A DNA stretch of 64,000 bases from Eledone cirrhosa (taxonomy: Eukaryota), in the NCBI GenBank assembly GCA_964016885.1, contig OZ024741.1:304234001-304298000 (forward strand), read 5' to 3'. The position numbers were made by a program, and so were the translations under genes. The notes under the pieces are model-generated. The model was not told where the DNA came from. It saw only the letters and a program-made list of their open reading frames with translations, and did no database searches. Shown one piece after another: positions 1-14,487 of the stretch; the stretch's first letter is position 1; each line of letters opens with the position of its first letter.

Positions 1-384
1 GTTACGCCCCTTTACGATCTGAGTTCAAATCCCGCCGAGGTTGACTTTGCCTTTCATCCTTACGGGGTCGATAAAATAAAGTACCAGTAATGCACTGGGT
101 AATTGCTGGCCTTGTGCCTAAAGTAGAAACAATTATTAATAATAATAATTATAATTATAATAATTATAATTATAATAATAATAATTATCATTATTATGGT
201 TCATGGCAGTATCGGTAGAGAGTCGGACGCCATGCTTTCCAGCATAGTTACGTCCCTTTACGATCTGAGTTCAAATCCCGCCGAGGTTGACTTAGCCTTT
301 CATCCTTACGAGGTCGATAAAATAAAGTACCAGTAATGCACTGGGTGATCGCTGGCCTTGTGCCTAAAGTAGAAACAATTATTA
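1..384 (+). mobile_element. Two tandem copies of a tRNA-derived SINE (family 1; 1-136 partial, 204-384) separated by (AAT)n
   Basis: B-box-like GAGTTCAAATCC; shared body GCCTTTCATCCTTACGGGGTCGATAAAATAAAGTACCAG; (ATT)n tail; many further copies in 1-7.5 kb. Confidence 0.8.
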
Positions 385-439
385 TGGTTCATTTTTGTAA
401 ATCTCAAACACTTAGATGTTAAATGATGTGGATATTTCA

Positions 440-2040
440 GTAAGGAGAAATCAACAGGTTGACAAAGGTCCCTCACTGCAACCTCTCCATAAACAAGACT
501 TTCCATAAAAGCATTACTCTACCAAGAAGTGCTGTCTTCTGCATGACCTGTAACTTTACATTAATTCCAATTCTATTTACAGTCCTCAAAATTATCCAAT
601 ATGCACCCCAATGCTCCATCACCACTGGAATCACTAAAACCTTCTTCATCCTCCAGAATTTTCCAACCTCATCTTTCAGTAGCTCATACTTTTTGCTCTT
701 TATCCTTCACTCAACTACCCCCCTGGGATCGAGATATCGATAATTAGGGTTTCTTTTTTTCTTCTTTTTTACAACTAAAATGTCTATCTTTCTTGCCTCA
801 ATCATTCTATTGCATTGAATGGTGAAGTCTCACAAAGGCTTGAATTTGTCATTCTCTAACACCCCTTCTAGTCTCTACTCATACCATTTAGTTGCTCTGA
901 TAGATCCATATTTCTCAGATATCATCCAATGGATATATCTAGCAACATTATCATGTCCTCTTTTGTACTCTCACTATGCCAACTTAACATATTCACTTAC
1001 AATATGGCTGACCGTTTCTCATTCTGATCTACACATTTTACATAATGGTGATTTTATTGTTTGTCAAGATGTTTAATGTAGTTAGTTTGAAGAGCCTGCT
1101 CCTGGGTGTTGCACACCAGAGCTTCAGTGCATCCTTTCAGATCGTCATTTTTAAGTTATGACCAGTTCTTTTCCCAATCAATGCCTACTTTATCTCTAAT
1201 GTACTGTCCATGCATAAATTTATCCTTTCAAGTTCTTTTTTCACTCTCATCTTATATCATTCGGTGCTTCTGCATCAGCAGATTTCAGTGTGTCGAGGTC
1301 TCTTAATTTTTACATGATGTTACTCCTTACATTTTTAAGGTACCAAGCTAGGTTATTTTCTTCACGTTTGACACATTTTTGCAACTTATTAGTTCTACCT
1401 CTTTTCTTTCTTCTAACATAAAGTCTTGTGATATCACTCTTTGTGTGAAGTTCTTTATGCACGGTCATCAATTTCTTAGTTTTTTTAATAATTCTTTCTA
1501 ATTCATCTTTCTTCCATTTAATAACTCCTGCCCCTTAGTGCATGAAAGACAGCTTATGTATTTATTGCCTTGATCTTATTCCTTCTATTCAATTTAGATA
1601 ACATAAGTTTCACCTGCCTCAGGTATTCTTTTTTGAACCTCTTCATTTCTTTCTTTTTAATCAAAGACTCCCAAATACTTGTATCCTTCCCTACTTCTTT
1701 AACCCTTTAGCATTTACATCATTCTATATTTACTATTGTATTTTCATAGTAAAGGCTTTATCTTACATAATTATCTCACATAATATCGAATCTATGCGAT
1801 TTTGATGTTATTTATTTTGAGAATAATACCTTAATGTAGGGATGTGCGACCAGTTACAGCTGGTTTGAACAGAAAGAGGTGAGAGAGTTCTGGGTGAATA
1901 TGGCCAGTATAAATGCTGAAGGGTTAATAGTCTGGCCATTTGCAAGCTCAATCCCTCTACCTCTTATTAGATTTCCACATTTCAGGGTTACAACCACACA
2001 TTTTTTTCATCCCAAACTCCAGTCCATTCCAATATCCTAT
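440..2040 (-). pseudogene. Decayed R4/Dong-like (RLE endonuclease) non-LTR retrotransposon, 3' half
   Basis: Manual minus-strand translation across stops and frameshifts: EFGMKKC..EGYKYLG (RT end), KKEYLRQVKLMLSKLN..NKIKAINT, KLMTVHKELHTKSDITRLY, ETVSHIVS..EYKRGHDNVARYIHW (CCHC region), WYE..DFTIQCNRMIEARKIDILVV..LIIDISIPG..KYELLK..VIPVV..QKTALLG (RLE). Confidence 0.8.
1703..1923. mobile_element. piggyBac-like MITE inserted in the R4-like LINE
   Basis: TTAA on both sides (1699-1702, 1924-1927); TIRs CCCTTTAGCATTTA / TAAATGCTGAAGGG (13/14); LINE reading resumes across it. Confidence 0.75.
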
Positions 2041-2224
2041 TGGCAATATTGGTAGAGCATCAGACACCATGCTTTGCAGCATAGAGTTATGGTCCTTTAC
2101 GTTCTGAGTTCAAATCCCGCCGAGGTTAACTTTGCCTTTCGTCCTTACGGCGTCGATAAAATAAAGTATCAGTAATGCACTGGGGTAATTGCTGGTATTG
2201 TGCCAAAAGTAGAAACAATTATTA
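2041..2224 (+). mobile_element. SINE family 1 copy
   Basis: Colinear with 204-384. Confidence 0.8.
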
Positions 2225-2804
2225 CACAAAAAACCCACACTATACCTTTCTGTACCATCTTTATTGTCTTCTTAATGTAAGCCCTGTGTAGCTAATAAAG
2301 AAACTATTATTAATGTAATTTCTAATTTTGGCAAAAGACCAGAAGAGGGGTCTAATCAATTGAATCAATATGTCAGTATGTTACTGGTATTCATTTATGA
2401 GGCCCTAGTATATTATTTATATCATTTTATGAAGCCCAAAGGAATAAAAAAAATTTTAAAAAGCCAACCATGACAGAATTCGAACTTAGAACCTTGTTGG
2501 TGCCAGGAAGGACATTCACTCATAGCAGCCATGCCAACACAGTCTGTGACAAACCAGTCTGTGACAAACCAGTCAAACTCATGACCACATACGATGACCA
2601 TATATGATGATAATAATAATGATGATGAACATAAAGAAAACTTCAATGTATTTAGTTCATAACTAATTGTCACTGTCACTATGTTGCTCTTAACAACAAT
2701 GAAAATAATAACAAAACTAAGACAAACACAAGGAAAACGCTAATAACCATAGAGATAATGATTTCTTCACAATCATCAACAGTAACAATATGCCACATGT
2801 TTGC

Positions 2805-2836
2805 ATATATACATATATATATACATACACACACAC

Positions 2837-2888
<52 letters not shown>

Positions 2889-2895
2889 ATATATA
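2805..2895. repeat. (CA)n/(TA)n microsatellite
   Basis: Direct inspection. Confidence 0.95.
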
Positions 2896-3639
2896 GGTAT
2901 ATATTCAAGGTTGCACCTCATGAGGTTTCTCAGGTGTTTTTATTATAGAGGCCCTCGTCTTATCCTGATAAACAACATAAAATGAAGTATCTTGCTCAAG
3001 AATACAATGTGATGCCTGGTCCAGAAATGGAACTCAAAATTTAATGATATTGAGTCCTAAATCCTAACCACTACGCCACATGCCAAGATTTACAAATATA
3101 CTCAACATACTGAAAATCGCACTACTAGGTACTGTACACATTATGTAAAGTACAATAGAAACAACAAAACCCAAAAGAAAACACTGCATGTAGCCAAGGT
3201 ACATGCAGCTGTGTTCAGTAGCACAGTAAAATCATGCAATAAAAAGAAGATTGGTAAAGAGGAATAATCTAATAAAATTTTTTCCCCCAAAACTGCAAAC
3301 ATTTTTCAAATCTTCCAAAACAAAATTAAAAAGAAAAGAAATTGAAGAGAATAATTTTAATTATTCTGCAAGTTAATTTCAGAAACTATTATTGAAAATT
3401 ACCATAAACAGACCTGATTATGGTGCTGAAAGAGACTACTGACAAATGGGGAAATAAATAAATAAAATAGAGATAAAATAAACATCTCTATAGTAACCAA
3501 TAAAAATTCCTAGTTTTATACAGCATAATGGTTTATTTTTTGTTTTGTTTGTTTCCTCTTAAATATTTCATATACTTTAGTTGGACAATAATTTCATATT
3601 TTTTCCTCCTATCAATTTTCTGTGAGGTTTATTGATATG

Positions 3640-4255
3640 ACACCATGCTTTGCAGCATAGAGTTATTCCTTTGTTCTGAGTTCAAATCCCACCGAGGTTA
3701 ACTTTGCCTTTCATCCTTACGGGGTCGATAAAATAAAGTACCAGTAATGTACTGAGGTAATTACTGGCCTTGTGGCAAAAGTAGACACAATTATTATTGT
3801 TATCATTTAAGAAATCATTATAACCATGATTAAAAATTGTTTCTAATTTAGGCATAAGGTCAGTAATTTCTGGGCAAGGGGAAAGTCAAATTAACTCAGA
3901 ACTTGGCCAGTATTTTATTTTATCAGCCCCCTAGAAGGATGGAAGGCAAAGTTGACTGCTGCAGTATTTGAAACCAGAATGTAGAGGGCTGCGGCAGAAC
4001 ACTGCAATGCATTTCATCTGAACTACTAGCAATTTTACCAATCCATCACCTTGAAATTATTATTATTGGCAGTATCGGTAAAGTGTCAGACACCATGCTT
4101 TTGCAGCAGAGTTATGGTCCTTTGCGTTCTGAGCTCAAATCCCGCTGAGGTTAGTTTTGCCTTTCATCCTTACGGGGTCAATAAAATAAAGCACCAATAA
4201 TGCACTGGGGTAATTGCTGGCATTGAGCCAAAAGTAGAACCAATTATTATTATTA
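3640..4255. mobile_element. Cluster of SINE family 1 copies (3640-3800 +, 3837-4033 -, 4067-4255 +)
   Basis: Similarity to 204-384 on both strands. Confidence 0.75.
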
Positions 4256-4967
4256 TTCAACATATTTGTTTACATACAAAACCCACACACTATGTTTTCA
4301 TCCCGTACTGTCAATGTTTTTCTTGATGTAAACACTTTGTGGTTAATAAAGAAACCATTATTCAACAAATTTGATTAAATAAACCCCCAATATTAGACAG
4401 AAGAATGAAATGCACAGTTGACCTCAACAGGATTTTAAAATAATATGGGAGAGAAGTCAGGTCATTTCACAGCGTCGACCTGCAGTAGATACTGCAGTAG
4501 ACTGCAAACTAAAGTAACACCAATTGATGAAATGATATACAAACAATATATACACAAGATCACACCAAGAAATATAAAATAAAAACCATTGTACATACCC
4601 AAGGTGCACAGAGCTGAGCTCGATTATGTAGTGAAAGCACACAGTAAGACCACTGAAATGATAATAATAATAATGATAATATAAATAATAATAATGATAT
4701 CTTCATTGGCCATTAGGGCCTACATATAGGGGACAATACAAAATGATAGGACTGAGGGTTTACAATAAAATCGAGTAAAAAAAAAACAAATTAACAAAAA
4801 CAATTAACAATGAAATTACAACAATAAAAATTCCCCATTGAGGGGAGAACCACCCTGAGGCGACTCAGGTACCCCACCAATCCTGAACCACCCAATGCTT
4901 CAAGGGCACCCCCTCTCCTCTTCGAATCAACCAGCCTACAGGTGCATGCTCAGAATAATAATAATAA

Positions 4968-5712
4968 TGGTTTCTTACGTAGGCACAAGGCCAGTAATTT
5001 GAGGGGAGGGGAATGTCGATTAAATCGACCCCTGTATCTTACTGGCGCTTTATTTTATCGAACCCGTAAGGATGGAAGGCAAAGTTAACCTCGGCGGGAT
5101 TTGAACTCAGAATGTAAATAGCTAGAAAAATTGCCACAAAAGATTTTACCCAACACTAATGATTCTGCCAATCTACCACCTTAATAATAACAATAATAAT
5201 AATTATAATTGTTTCTACTTTTGGCACAAGGCCAGCATTTACCCAGAGCATTACTGGTACTTTATTTTATCGACCCCGTAAGGATGAAAGGCAAAGTTAA
5301 CCTCGGCGAGATTTGAACTCAGAATGGCTAGGGCCATTACTATGCATCAAAGCATGGCGTTCAACCCTCTACCGATACTGCCAAATTATAATAATAATTT
5401 CTAACCTAGACACAAGGCCTGCAATTCACAGAAAGGACTAAGTCAACGCTTGGGGATCCAGCCAGATCAATTGGAAATGTTTGCTTCTAACAGGACCTGC
5501 TGGAAGGAGTATTTGAGGAGCTTGCCCCCACAACCCTCTCAGGAATAAGTGGAAGAAGGAGAAGAATTAGTCAATTAATTCAACCCCAGTACTTTACTGG
5601 TACTTTATTCTATTGACTATAGAAGAATAAAAATTGAAGTTGACTGTAGCAAAATTTGAACTCAGAACTTCAAAAGCCACAACTAAATGCCCCAAAGTTC
5701 ATAATTCTGCCC
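4968..5712 (-). mobile_element. Cluster of SINE family 1 copies (4968-5182, 5208-5384, degraded 5398-5712)
   Basis: Reverse complement of the family-1 body (GGTACTTTATTTTATCGACCCCGTAAGGATGAAAGGCAAAG..GATTTGAACTCAG). Confidence 0.75.
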
Positions 5713-5724
5713 ATCCAATATCTG

Positions 5725-6012
5725 AAAGTCTAAAGTCTGACCCAAGTCAGGAGGCTCGTTAGGCTGGTGTTTATCCTGGTTTCATGGCGTGAAGCGTCTG
5801 AGAGTATAAGACTCCCTACTGGACAAGACACCACTCCATTGCATGGTTAAACCCCCAGTTATTGCTGGTACTCATTTTTAGCTGAGTATACTGGAGCAAT
5901 GTGAAATGAAGTGTTTGGCTCAAGAACATAACACACAACCCAGCCCAGGAATCAAACCCATGACATTATGATCGTAAGTCCAACACCCTTACCACTAGGC
6001 CATGCACCTCCA
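5725..6012 (-). mobile_element. CORE-type tRNA SINE (related copies about 2980-3085 and 6545-6850)
   Basis: Minus strand: tRNA-like head then CTTGAGCCAAACACTTCATTTCACATTGCTCCAGTATACTCAGCT, resembling the MIR/CORE domain. Confidence 0.6.
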
Positions 6013-7681
6013 CAAAATCTAATAACTTTAATCTTCAGCACTCTGTCGACGAGAAATTGCGACAAGAGAGTAATCCCATCTTAATATATAATGCAATGTC
6101 AAGGAAAGCAATTCATTAAAAAAAATTCAGCACGTTGAAGGTTAATCAAATCAAAAAACCATTTATGAAAATGTTACAGGTTATCAAATTATATAATTGG
6201 CATAAAACAGATGTTCATAGCATTAAGCCATCTCATACTACATGTAAACAAACTATTGGAATGTAAGTCATAGCCATACATCTGGACATGTCCCACACTA
6301 TTCTTTTTCACCCCCTTATTCCTGAGAATGACCATCAAGGCAGAGGCTTCATCTGTAAAATCTCTCCCACTATCATAATTTAAATAAACAGCCAAAGGCT
6401 AATAATAATAATACAGAAATACATAGTTTGAATTTGATGCCTAAAAAGTATGAAAACAGTACAGTATTAGGTTGACTGCTCAGCTGCCTCAGCCATATCT
6501 TTATGTATTATGTATGCATGTTGGACATCCTTCATTTCTGATTACAGGTGCTCCAGTACATTCAATTAATGGAACAGCCTGCTCATGAAATTATCATACA
6601 AGTGGTTGTGTATTCTACAAACATGTGCACCCTTAACATAGTTCTCAGAAACATTCAGCATTAAACAGTAGGTGACAAGACTGACCCCTTCAATTACAGG
6701 TAAAACCAGCTGAGTGGACTGGAGTGACATAAAATAAAGTGTCTCACTCAAGGAGAAAATATGCTGACAAAATGTGCTAGTGTGGGAAGCGAACTCACGA
6801 TCGACGGATCATGAACCCAGCACCCTAATCACTAAGCCATATGCCTTCACAACCATATCTACCACTCTAGAAAACAAGGAAATAACATGTATGGAGTGTG
6901 TGTGTATGACAATGATTGACATATGTCTGTAATAACTGCTTATTGCAAAAGATTAATTTCTGTATATTAAACACCACCATGAAAGGTCACACAACTGAAA
7001 ACAACTAGTGTCCAGTCACTAAAAGGCACAGAGAAATGAAAAATCTTTCTTTATAACTGTGAGCCCACAACAACATTACTTTTCAAATATTCAAATAGTT
7101 TTGATGATGGGTTAAGTGTATGGACCTATAACTCCTGATGGAAATATAGGAATGCTGTAATAACATACAACATATCTTGGACAAACTTGGCAAAGCCCAT
7201 CAACTCTCAAGAGCTGAAGACGGCTGAATTATTCCAGACAAGGAGAGAGAGAGTGATAGAGAGGAAGTGAGAAAGAAATGTGGAGGAAGAATCACCCCCA
7301 ATATTAGACTGGTACTTTTTATTGACCTCAAAAGGATGAAAGGCAAAGTCAACCTCAGCAAGCTTTGAACTCAGAGCACAGAACTGGAATGAATACTGTG
7401 AAGAATTCTATCTGTCAATGTCTGTTTGACTATTAATCTATAGTTATCTATTTATGTAATTTACCAATGTATCTATCTTAGAACAAAAACAATAACAACA
7501 AAGCCCAAATCCTAATAGCAGTGGATGGATGGATATTTGATAACATAGGGTAGAAAATTATTGTGATTGATTTAAATGAATATAAAATGAAATACTGCAC
7601 TCATCAAAGTGATGAGAAGGGGGTCCAAGAAAATCAAGGATTTAAATATCTTTACATAGAATGTGGTATATACATACATAT

Positions 7682-8590
<909 letters not shown>

Positions 8591-8813
8591 CATATATGTT
8601 GTGTGTGTGTGTGTGTGTGTGTGTGTACCCACATACATACATGTGTGTGTGTGTATTAAAATTGTTTCCTCAATCTAAAAGAAGCAAACAAAGCCAGAAA
8701 CATATTTCAAATATAGGCCATATATCTAGAGGGATCACTAAGTAGTGGAAATTGTTTCCACATATGTGACAGAGAAGAAGGTCACCATCAGGCTGACTAG
8801 TTAATTTCAGATT

Positions 8814-9005
8814 ATAGGAAAATGTTTAACCCCAACGGTAGAGCTCAAGCCGTTTCGACAGCTATTTCTGGACTGAAATAGCCGTTGAAACGGCTTGAGC
8901 TCTGCCGTCGGGGTTAAATATTTTCCTATTACCCACTCTACTACCCTAAGTATTGAGTACTCTGGTGTGTTATGGTCCACCTGGTTCCTTACCACACTTC
9001 CTTTG

Positions 9006-9006
<1 letters not shown>
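8814..9006 (+). mobile_element. Fold-back element (55-bp arms) containing the 3' half of a hammerhead, ending in (TA)n
   Basis: Arms 8814-8868 / 8875-8929; GAAA-CGGC..GCC-GTC at 8887-8909. Confidence 0.6.
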
Positions 9007-9068
<62 letters not shown>

Positions 9069-9171
9069 TAAGTCCAAAGAATCATTAGATAAAATACATA
9101 CAGTATTTCTTCTCCCAATCAGTATAAATTAACCACACAAAAAATCATTTAAACGAGGCTATAAGTTTAAA

Positions 9172-10062
9172 ATGGGACGGGTCTTATTCAGCACACCATC
9201 TCTCCACTTGTCACGGTCCTTCGTCATCTCCACCGTGAGCTTCAGCAATCTGAGGTCTGTTCTCACCACTTCCGCCCATGTTTTTCGTGGTCTACCTCTA
9301 CTACGTCTTCCTTCAACTGGCATTTCCTGGCACTTCCTCACCCATCGGTCATCCTCCATGCGCATCACATGTCCATATCACCTCAGTCTCCTCTCTCGCA
9401 CACTACATTCTATCCCTCTCAGGCACAGTTTCTCTCTCAACAAATCCATGCTGGGTCGTTCATCCAGGATCTGCATTGTGTGCATTTTATAGAATTTATG
9501 CCAGTTCCTTTTCTGCATATCGAACATGGCAATTTCCCTGACGAATCAGAGTTTTGTCCTCTTTTCAACACTTTTGTCTAAGCTAAGGTCACTCTCAGTC
9601 CTCTTGCTTCCAACTGCTGTTTCCATAGCCAGAATTTATTCTCTAGCTCCTCTACTGATTCTGCTATAAGAACCAGATCGTCAGCATAGAGAAGTTCCCA
9701 TGGACAACCAGTCTTAAATTCCTCTGTTATGGCTTGGAGGACTATAATGAACAAGAGCGGGCTGAGGACCGAACTTTCATGTACTCCTACTTGTATCTGG
9801 AATTCCTCACTAAACTCCATTCCTACCCTGACTTTACTGACAGCACCTCTGTACAAAGTTTGCACTGTCCTCACAAGCCATTCTTCAACACTTAGTTTCC
9901 TTAGGGACCACCAGATGACAGATCGGGGTACCCTATCGAAGGCCTTCTCTAGGTCAACAAAGGCTAAGTATAGTGGCTTATTCTTCTCTAAGAAACTCTC
10001 TTGTAATTGTCTCACGAAGAAGAGGGCATCTGTTGTACTTTTCCCAGGCACAAAACCAAACT
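9172..10062 (-). mobile_element. RTE LINE family B fragment (5'-truncated, internal deletion near 9463)
   Basis: [31 protein letters not shown]; colinear with 53731-56163. Confidence 0.9.
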
Positions 10063-10071
10063 ATATATACA

Positions 10072-10103
<32 letters not shown>

Positions 10104-10144
10104 CATATACATATATATATACATATATATATATACATATACAT

Positions 10145-10178
<34 letters not shown>

Positions 10179-10260
10179 ACATATATATATACATATATAT
10201 ATATACATATACATATACATATATATATATACATATATATACATATACATATATATATAC

Positions 10261-10292
<32 letters not shown>

Positions 10293-10434
10293 ATACATAT
10301 ACATATATATATATATACATATATATATACATATACATATATATATACATATACATATATATATACATATACATATATATATATATACATATATATATAC
10401 ATATACATATATATACATATATATATACATATAC

Positions 10435-10466
<32 letters not shown>

Positions 10467-10603
10467 ATACATATCTATATACATATACATATATACATAT
10501 ATATATACATATATATATACATATACATATACATATATATGGATATACATATATATACATATATATATACATGTATATACATATATATATATAATGTATA
10601 TAC

Positions 10604-10634
<31 letters not shown>

Positions 10635-10635
10635 C

Positions 10636-10668
<33 letters not shown>

Positions 10669-10687
10669 ATGTATATATATATATATA
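10063..10687. repeat. (TA)n/(TACA)n compound microsatellite
   Basis: Direct inspection. Confidence 0.97.
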
Positions 10688-13600
10688 CCACACAGTAAAT
10701 ATCTATGGGAACACTTTAATCAGTGAACAAGAACAACAAATCCTAAAGTTACCACCAAAATTTGCCATCTACAAAAAGATTAACCCTATGGAATGCAAAA
10801 CGGAGCTGGAAAAGTGTTTCACAAAAATACGTTGGAATGCAAAGGTAAACAACAACAACAATAATAACGGTAGTAGTAATATAAACAATAACTCTGGGTA
10901 TAGAAATAACAGCCATAACCATAACAATGGCAGGAAAGTGAGAAATAGTGATAATGGTAATAATACTAGCGATAGACAGAACAACAACAACCACAATAAT
11001 AATAATAATAGAAACGTTAACCACAGACACAGCAACAGTGACCACAGTAGTAATAACGGTAACAATACGAACAACAACAACAACAATAACCACAGTGGTA
11101 ATAATGGAAATAGTACATGTAGCAACATCAACAAAAACAAGAAACATAATAATAGTAACAACCACAATGGTAGAAATAGCAGTAACAACAACAACAATAA
11201 CGGTGAAGTAAACAACAATACATCTAGCAATCATAACAATAATAATATTAATGCTAATGATAGAAACAACAACAACCACCATGATAACAATAATAGCAAC
11301 ACACACAACTATGACGATAGAAATAACGACAACCCCTTAGAGAAACTATTTTTCAACCCAGCTGACAAAACATATAAGATGGGTAATATCTATCCTACGA
11401 GGTTACCCTTTAATAAAAGAGTTTGCATACCACAGCAAATAGATGACGAGACGGAGGCACAGTTCACCATAGCTAGAAATAAGATTAGACAAGTAGTAGA
11501 CAGGTACACTATGAGACAGAGCAGACCAGAGGCCCAACAACTTGGGATAAAACCTGTAGAAGGCTTGGTTAGCCTCAAGCAGCGCACAAGGGATGGTGAG
11601 GTAGTGTGTCTACCCACAGATAAGTCTGGTAGGATGTCAATAGATAGCATGCCGAACTACATCGAGGCAATGCAACCCCACATCACCAACACGAGCGAAG
11701 TTGCACAACTAACACACGATGGGAGAGAAAAAATCCTCAACGCTCACATGATGATGTGGACTGACATCCTAAAGCCAAGCAGACGCACTGCCAACAACTT
11801 CCAGGCGTCTAACAATGGCATACCACCCTTGTATGGGCTCCGCAAAGACCACAAGACAGTCGACGACCCGACAACAGGACCACCAACAAGACCCGTATGC
11901 GGAGCTAATATAGCTAGCAACTACAGGATCTCCTACTTCCTCTCAATGGTTATACGCCCCATAATCAAGATGTCCCCAGATGTATGTGAAAGTACAGAGG
12001 ACCTCCTCAGCAGAATCAGTGAGTGCAACAAAAACAGGAGCCTATCCAACTGCATAATAGGCAGCATGGATGTGGTGTCACTGTACCCATCCATTAACAT
12101 TGATTTTGCTGTGAAAAGATGTGTGGAGATGATCATTGAGAGTGAGGTGGAGTTCTGCGACGTCGACACAGACGAACTGGGCCTCCTACTTAGACTTACC
12201 TACGACACTGACTACCTAGACAGCCATGACCTTAGATGTTTCTGCCCTAGTAGACCTATAAGAGGTAGACCCCCCACCATAACCTCAATGGCTAAAAAGA
12301 CTCCCATAGGAAGGTGGATTGGGTGGACCAAAGCTATACGGACCCCCCAAAACACTGATCAGGTAAGAAAAATGGTCGCACATGCAATAGGGGCTAGTAT
12401 CAAAACTACCCTAAAGGGCCACATATTTAAGTTCAATGAGAAAATCTACACCCAAAATGAGGGAGCAGCCATCGGCGTCAGCATAGCTGGTGATGTTGCC
12501 AACCTTTTCATGGTATGGTGGGAAAGGAGACTTAAAGATCTCCTTAATGAAAGCTCCATAGACCTCATCATGTACTCTCGTTATGTAGACGATATCAATA
12601 TAGTTATAAGAACACCCCCACTAGAGAGCACTAACAAGTTTGATTTAGAACGTAGCACGATGGAAAGCATCCAGCAGATAGCTAATTCCATACACCAGAG
12701 TATAACTGTAACTATAGACTTCCCTTCCAAACACCCTAACAATAGACTACCTGTATTAGACACAGAACTCTGGATTAACACTATAGACGAGAGAGCCCAA
12801 ATTCTCCACTCACACTATGCTAAACCCATGGCCTCCAAATACCTGATACTCAAAAACTCAGCAATGTCCAGTAGTGCTAAGTTTAATATTCTGATCGCAG
12901 ATTTGGTACGAGTGATGAAGAATGTGTCCAGCATGTGCGACCCAACAGAAATGGAAGGACACATCCAACACTTCATCAACCGCATGCAGTTCTCTGGCTA
13001 CAACCAAAGAGACAGAGTCAGAGTATACGAAGGAGCCATGGAAAAGTATAAGACCCTCATAGAACTGGACATGAAAAGAACTTGCCCACTATACAGAAGC
13101 AAATCATGGAATAGCTTAGATAGGGCTAGACATAAGATAGGGAAGGCCACATCATGGTACGACAACCAGAGATATCAGAGTGTCATGTTTGTGGACGCCA
13201 CCCCTGGAGGGAAATTAGCTAACCAGTGTAGAAAGGCCCTGAGAAAGACCCACTTAAAAATAAAGGTGGTAGAAAAGCCAGGAACCACCATAAAATCCCT
13301 GATCAGCAAAACCTACCCTTTTAAGAAAACCCACTGTACCAATAGGAAATGTATCATATGTAAGGTGAACCCCCGGATAAACTGTAAAACTAGAAACGTA
13401 GTCTATAGCATAAGATGTACAGAGGGTACTTGCAGAAACATGACAACAACATACATAGGTGAGACAGCTCGTAGCATAGGTGAAAGGATAGACCAACACT
13501 GGGGGGAACTAAAAGGACGAAAAAAACGGGTCAGTACTATACGAACATGCTAGACAACAACATGACGGTAACATAGACAACATAGAAATTAGAATAATAT

Positions 13601-13740
13601 CTAAACATAGGAATGACCCAGCAGTTAGGCAAATCAGAGAGGCCAGTGAAATAGAAATTAGAAGACCAAAGCTAAACAGAAAGAATGAGTGGAACAACAA
13701 CAACACCCAAACAAACAACACTGACCTAAGAGAAGTATAA
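10688..13740 (+). CDS. Penelope RT / GIY-YIG polyprotein (no start codon; open to 13553, a single frameshift in the A-run near 13520 extends it to TAA 13740)
   Basis: [96 protein letters not shown]; shifted frame [20 protein letters not shown]. Confidence 0.9.
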
Positions 13741-13997
13741 ATAAATAAGTAAATTAAATAAAATAAAATAAGATAAATAAATACATACACAAGCACATAA
13801 ACACACACTAGTCACCCAGCAGACACAACACTATACACACTAGTCACACATCACACATAACACTATACACACACGCAAACGCATGCGCAAAGAAGACAAA
13901 ATAAAATAAGATAAACAAACAAGCAAATAAATAAATAAACATACAAAAAAAAAAAATGGCGTAGACATACAACACAACAGGAGGAACAATGAATATA

Positions 13998-14040
13998 ACA
14001 CCACTGACGATGTTGCAGATGTGCAACGAAAGATCTATGT
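13998..14040 (+). ncRNA. Minimal type I hammerhead-like motif in the Penelope 3' region (weak stem I)
   Basis: CTGACGA-T-GTTGCA-gatg-TGCAAC-GAAA-GATC-TA; stem I only about 2 bp. Confidence 0.6.
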
Positions 14041-14429
14041 AAATTATGTAAACTATATATATATGTGTTTGTCTATATTGTATCTGTATTATTTTTGACC
14101 GCCGGTCAGTCAATGGCAACATTGAGGACCGAGTAAGTTAGATCGCAGATATATATATATAAAAGACAGCGAGAAGCGAAAACCAACCAAACAGTGAGTG
14201 TGTTCTGTTATTAATTCTGGCAATATTACGCAAATATGACCCTCCCCAAATATAACTATATATATATACATATATATATACATATATATATATAATGTAT
14301 ATACATATATATATATATACATATATATATACATATATATATATATACATATATATATATACATATACATATATATACATATGTATATACATATACATAT
14401 ATATATACATATACATATATATACGTATG

Positions 14430-14486
<57 letters not shown>

Positions 14487-14487
14487 A

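Larger units (their letters stand above)
10688..14257 (+). mobile_element. Penelope-like retroelement (RT + C-terminal GIY-YIG, Cys-rich linker), 5'-truncated, flanked by TA arrays
   Basis: ORF motifs (next feature); about 500-bp 3' region with an HHR-like core at 14004-14040. Confidence 0.92.

Noticed and set aside
4457-4642. Possible minus-strand host exons (GTATGT donor, TGCAG acceptors); also ORF 6189-6395
   Set aside because: No recognisable protein similarity or consistent exon chain
4690-4955. Possible 3' end of another LINE (related bits at 2240-2310 and 4280-4360)
   Set aside because: Too short and decayed to assign a family
7213-7250. CTGAAGA with a weak hairpin
   Set aside because: No GAAA or stem III; at most a very decayed HHR
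9729-10687. N-terminal 320 aa of the 1274-aa ORF
   Set aside because: Antisense RTE plus microsatellite fortuitously in frame with the Penelope ORF
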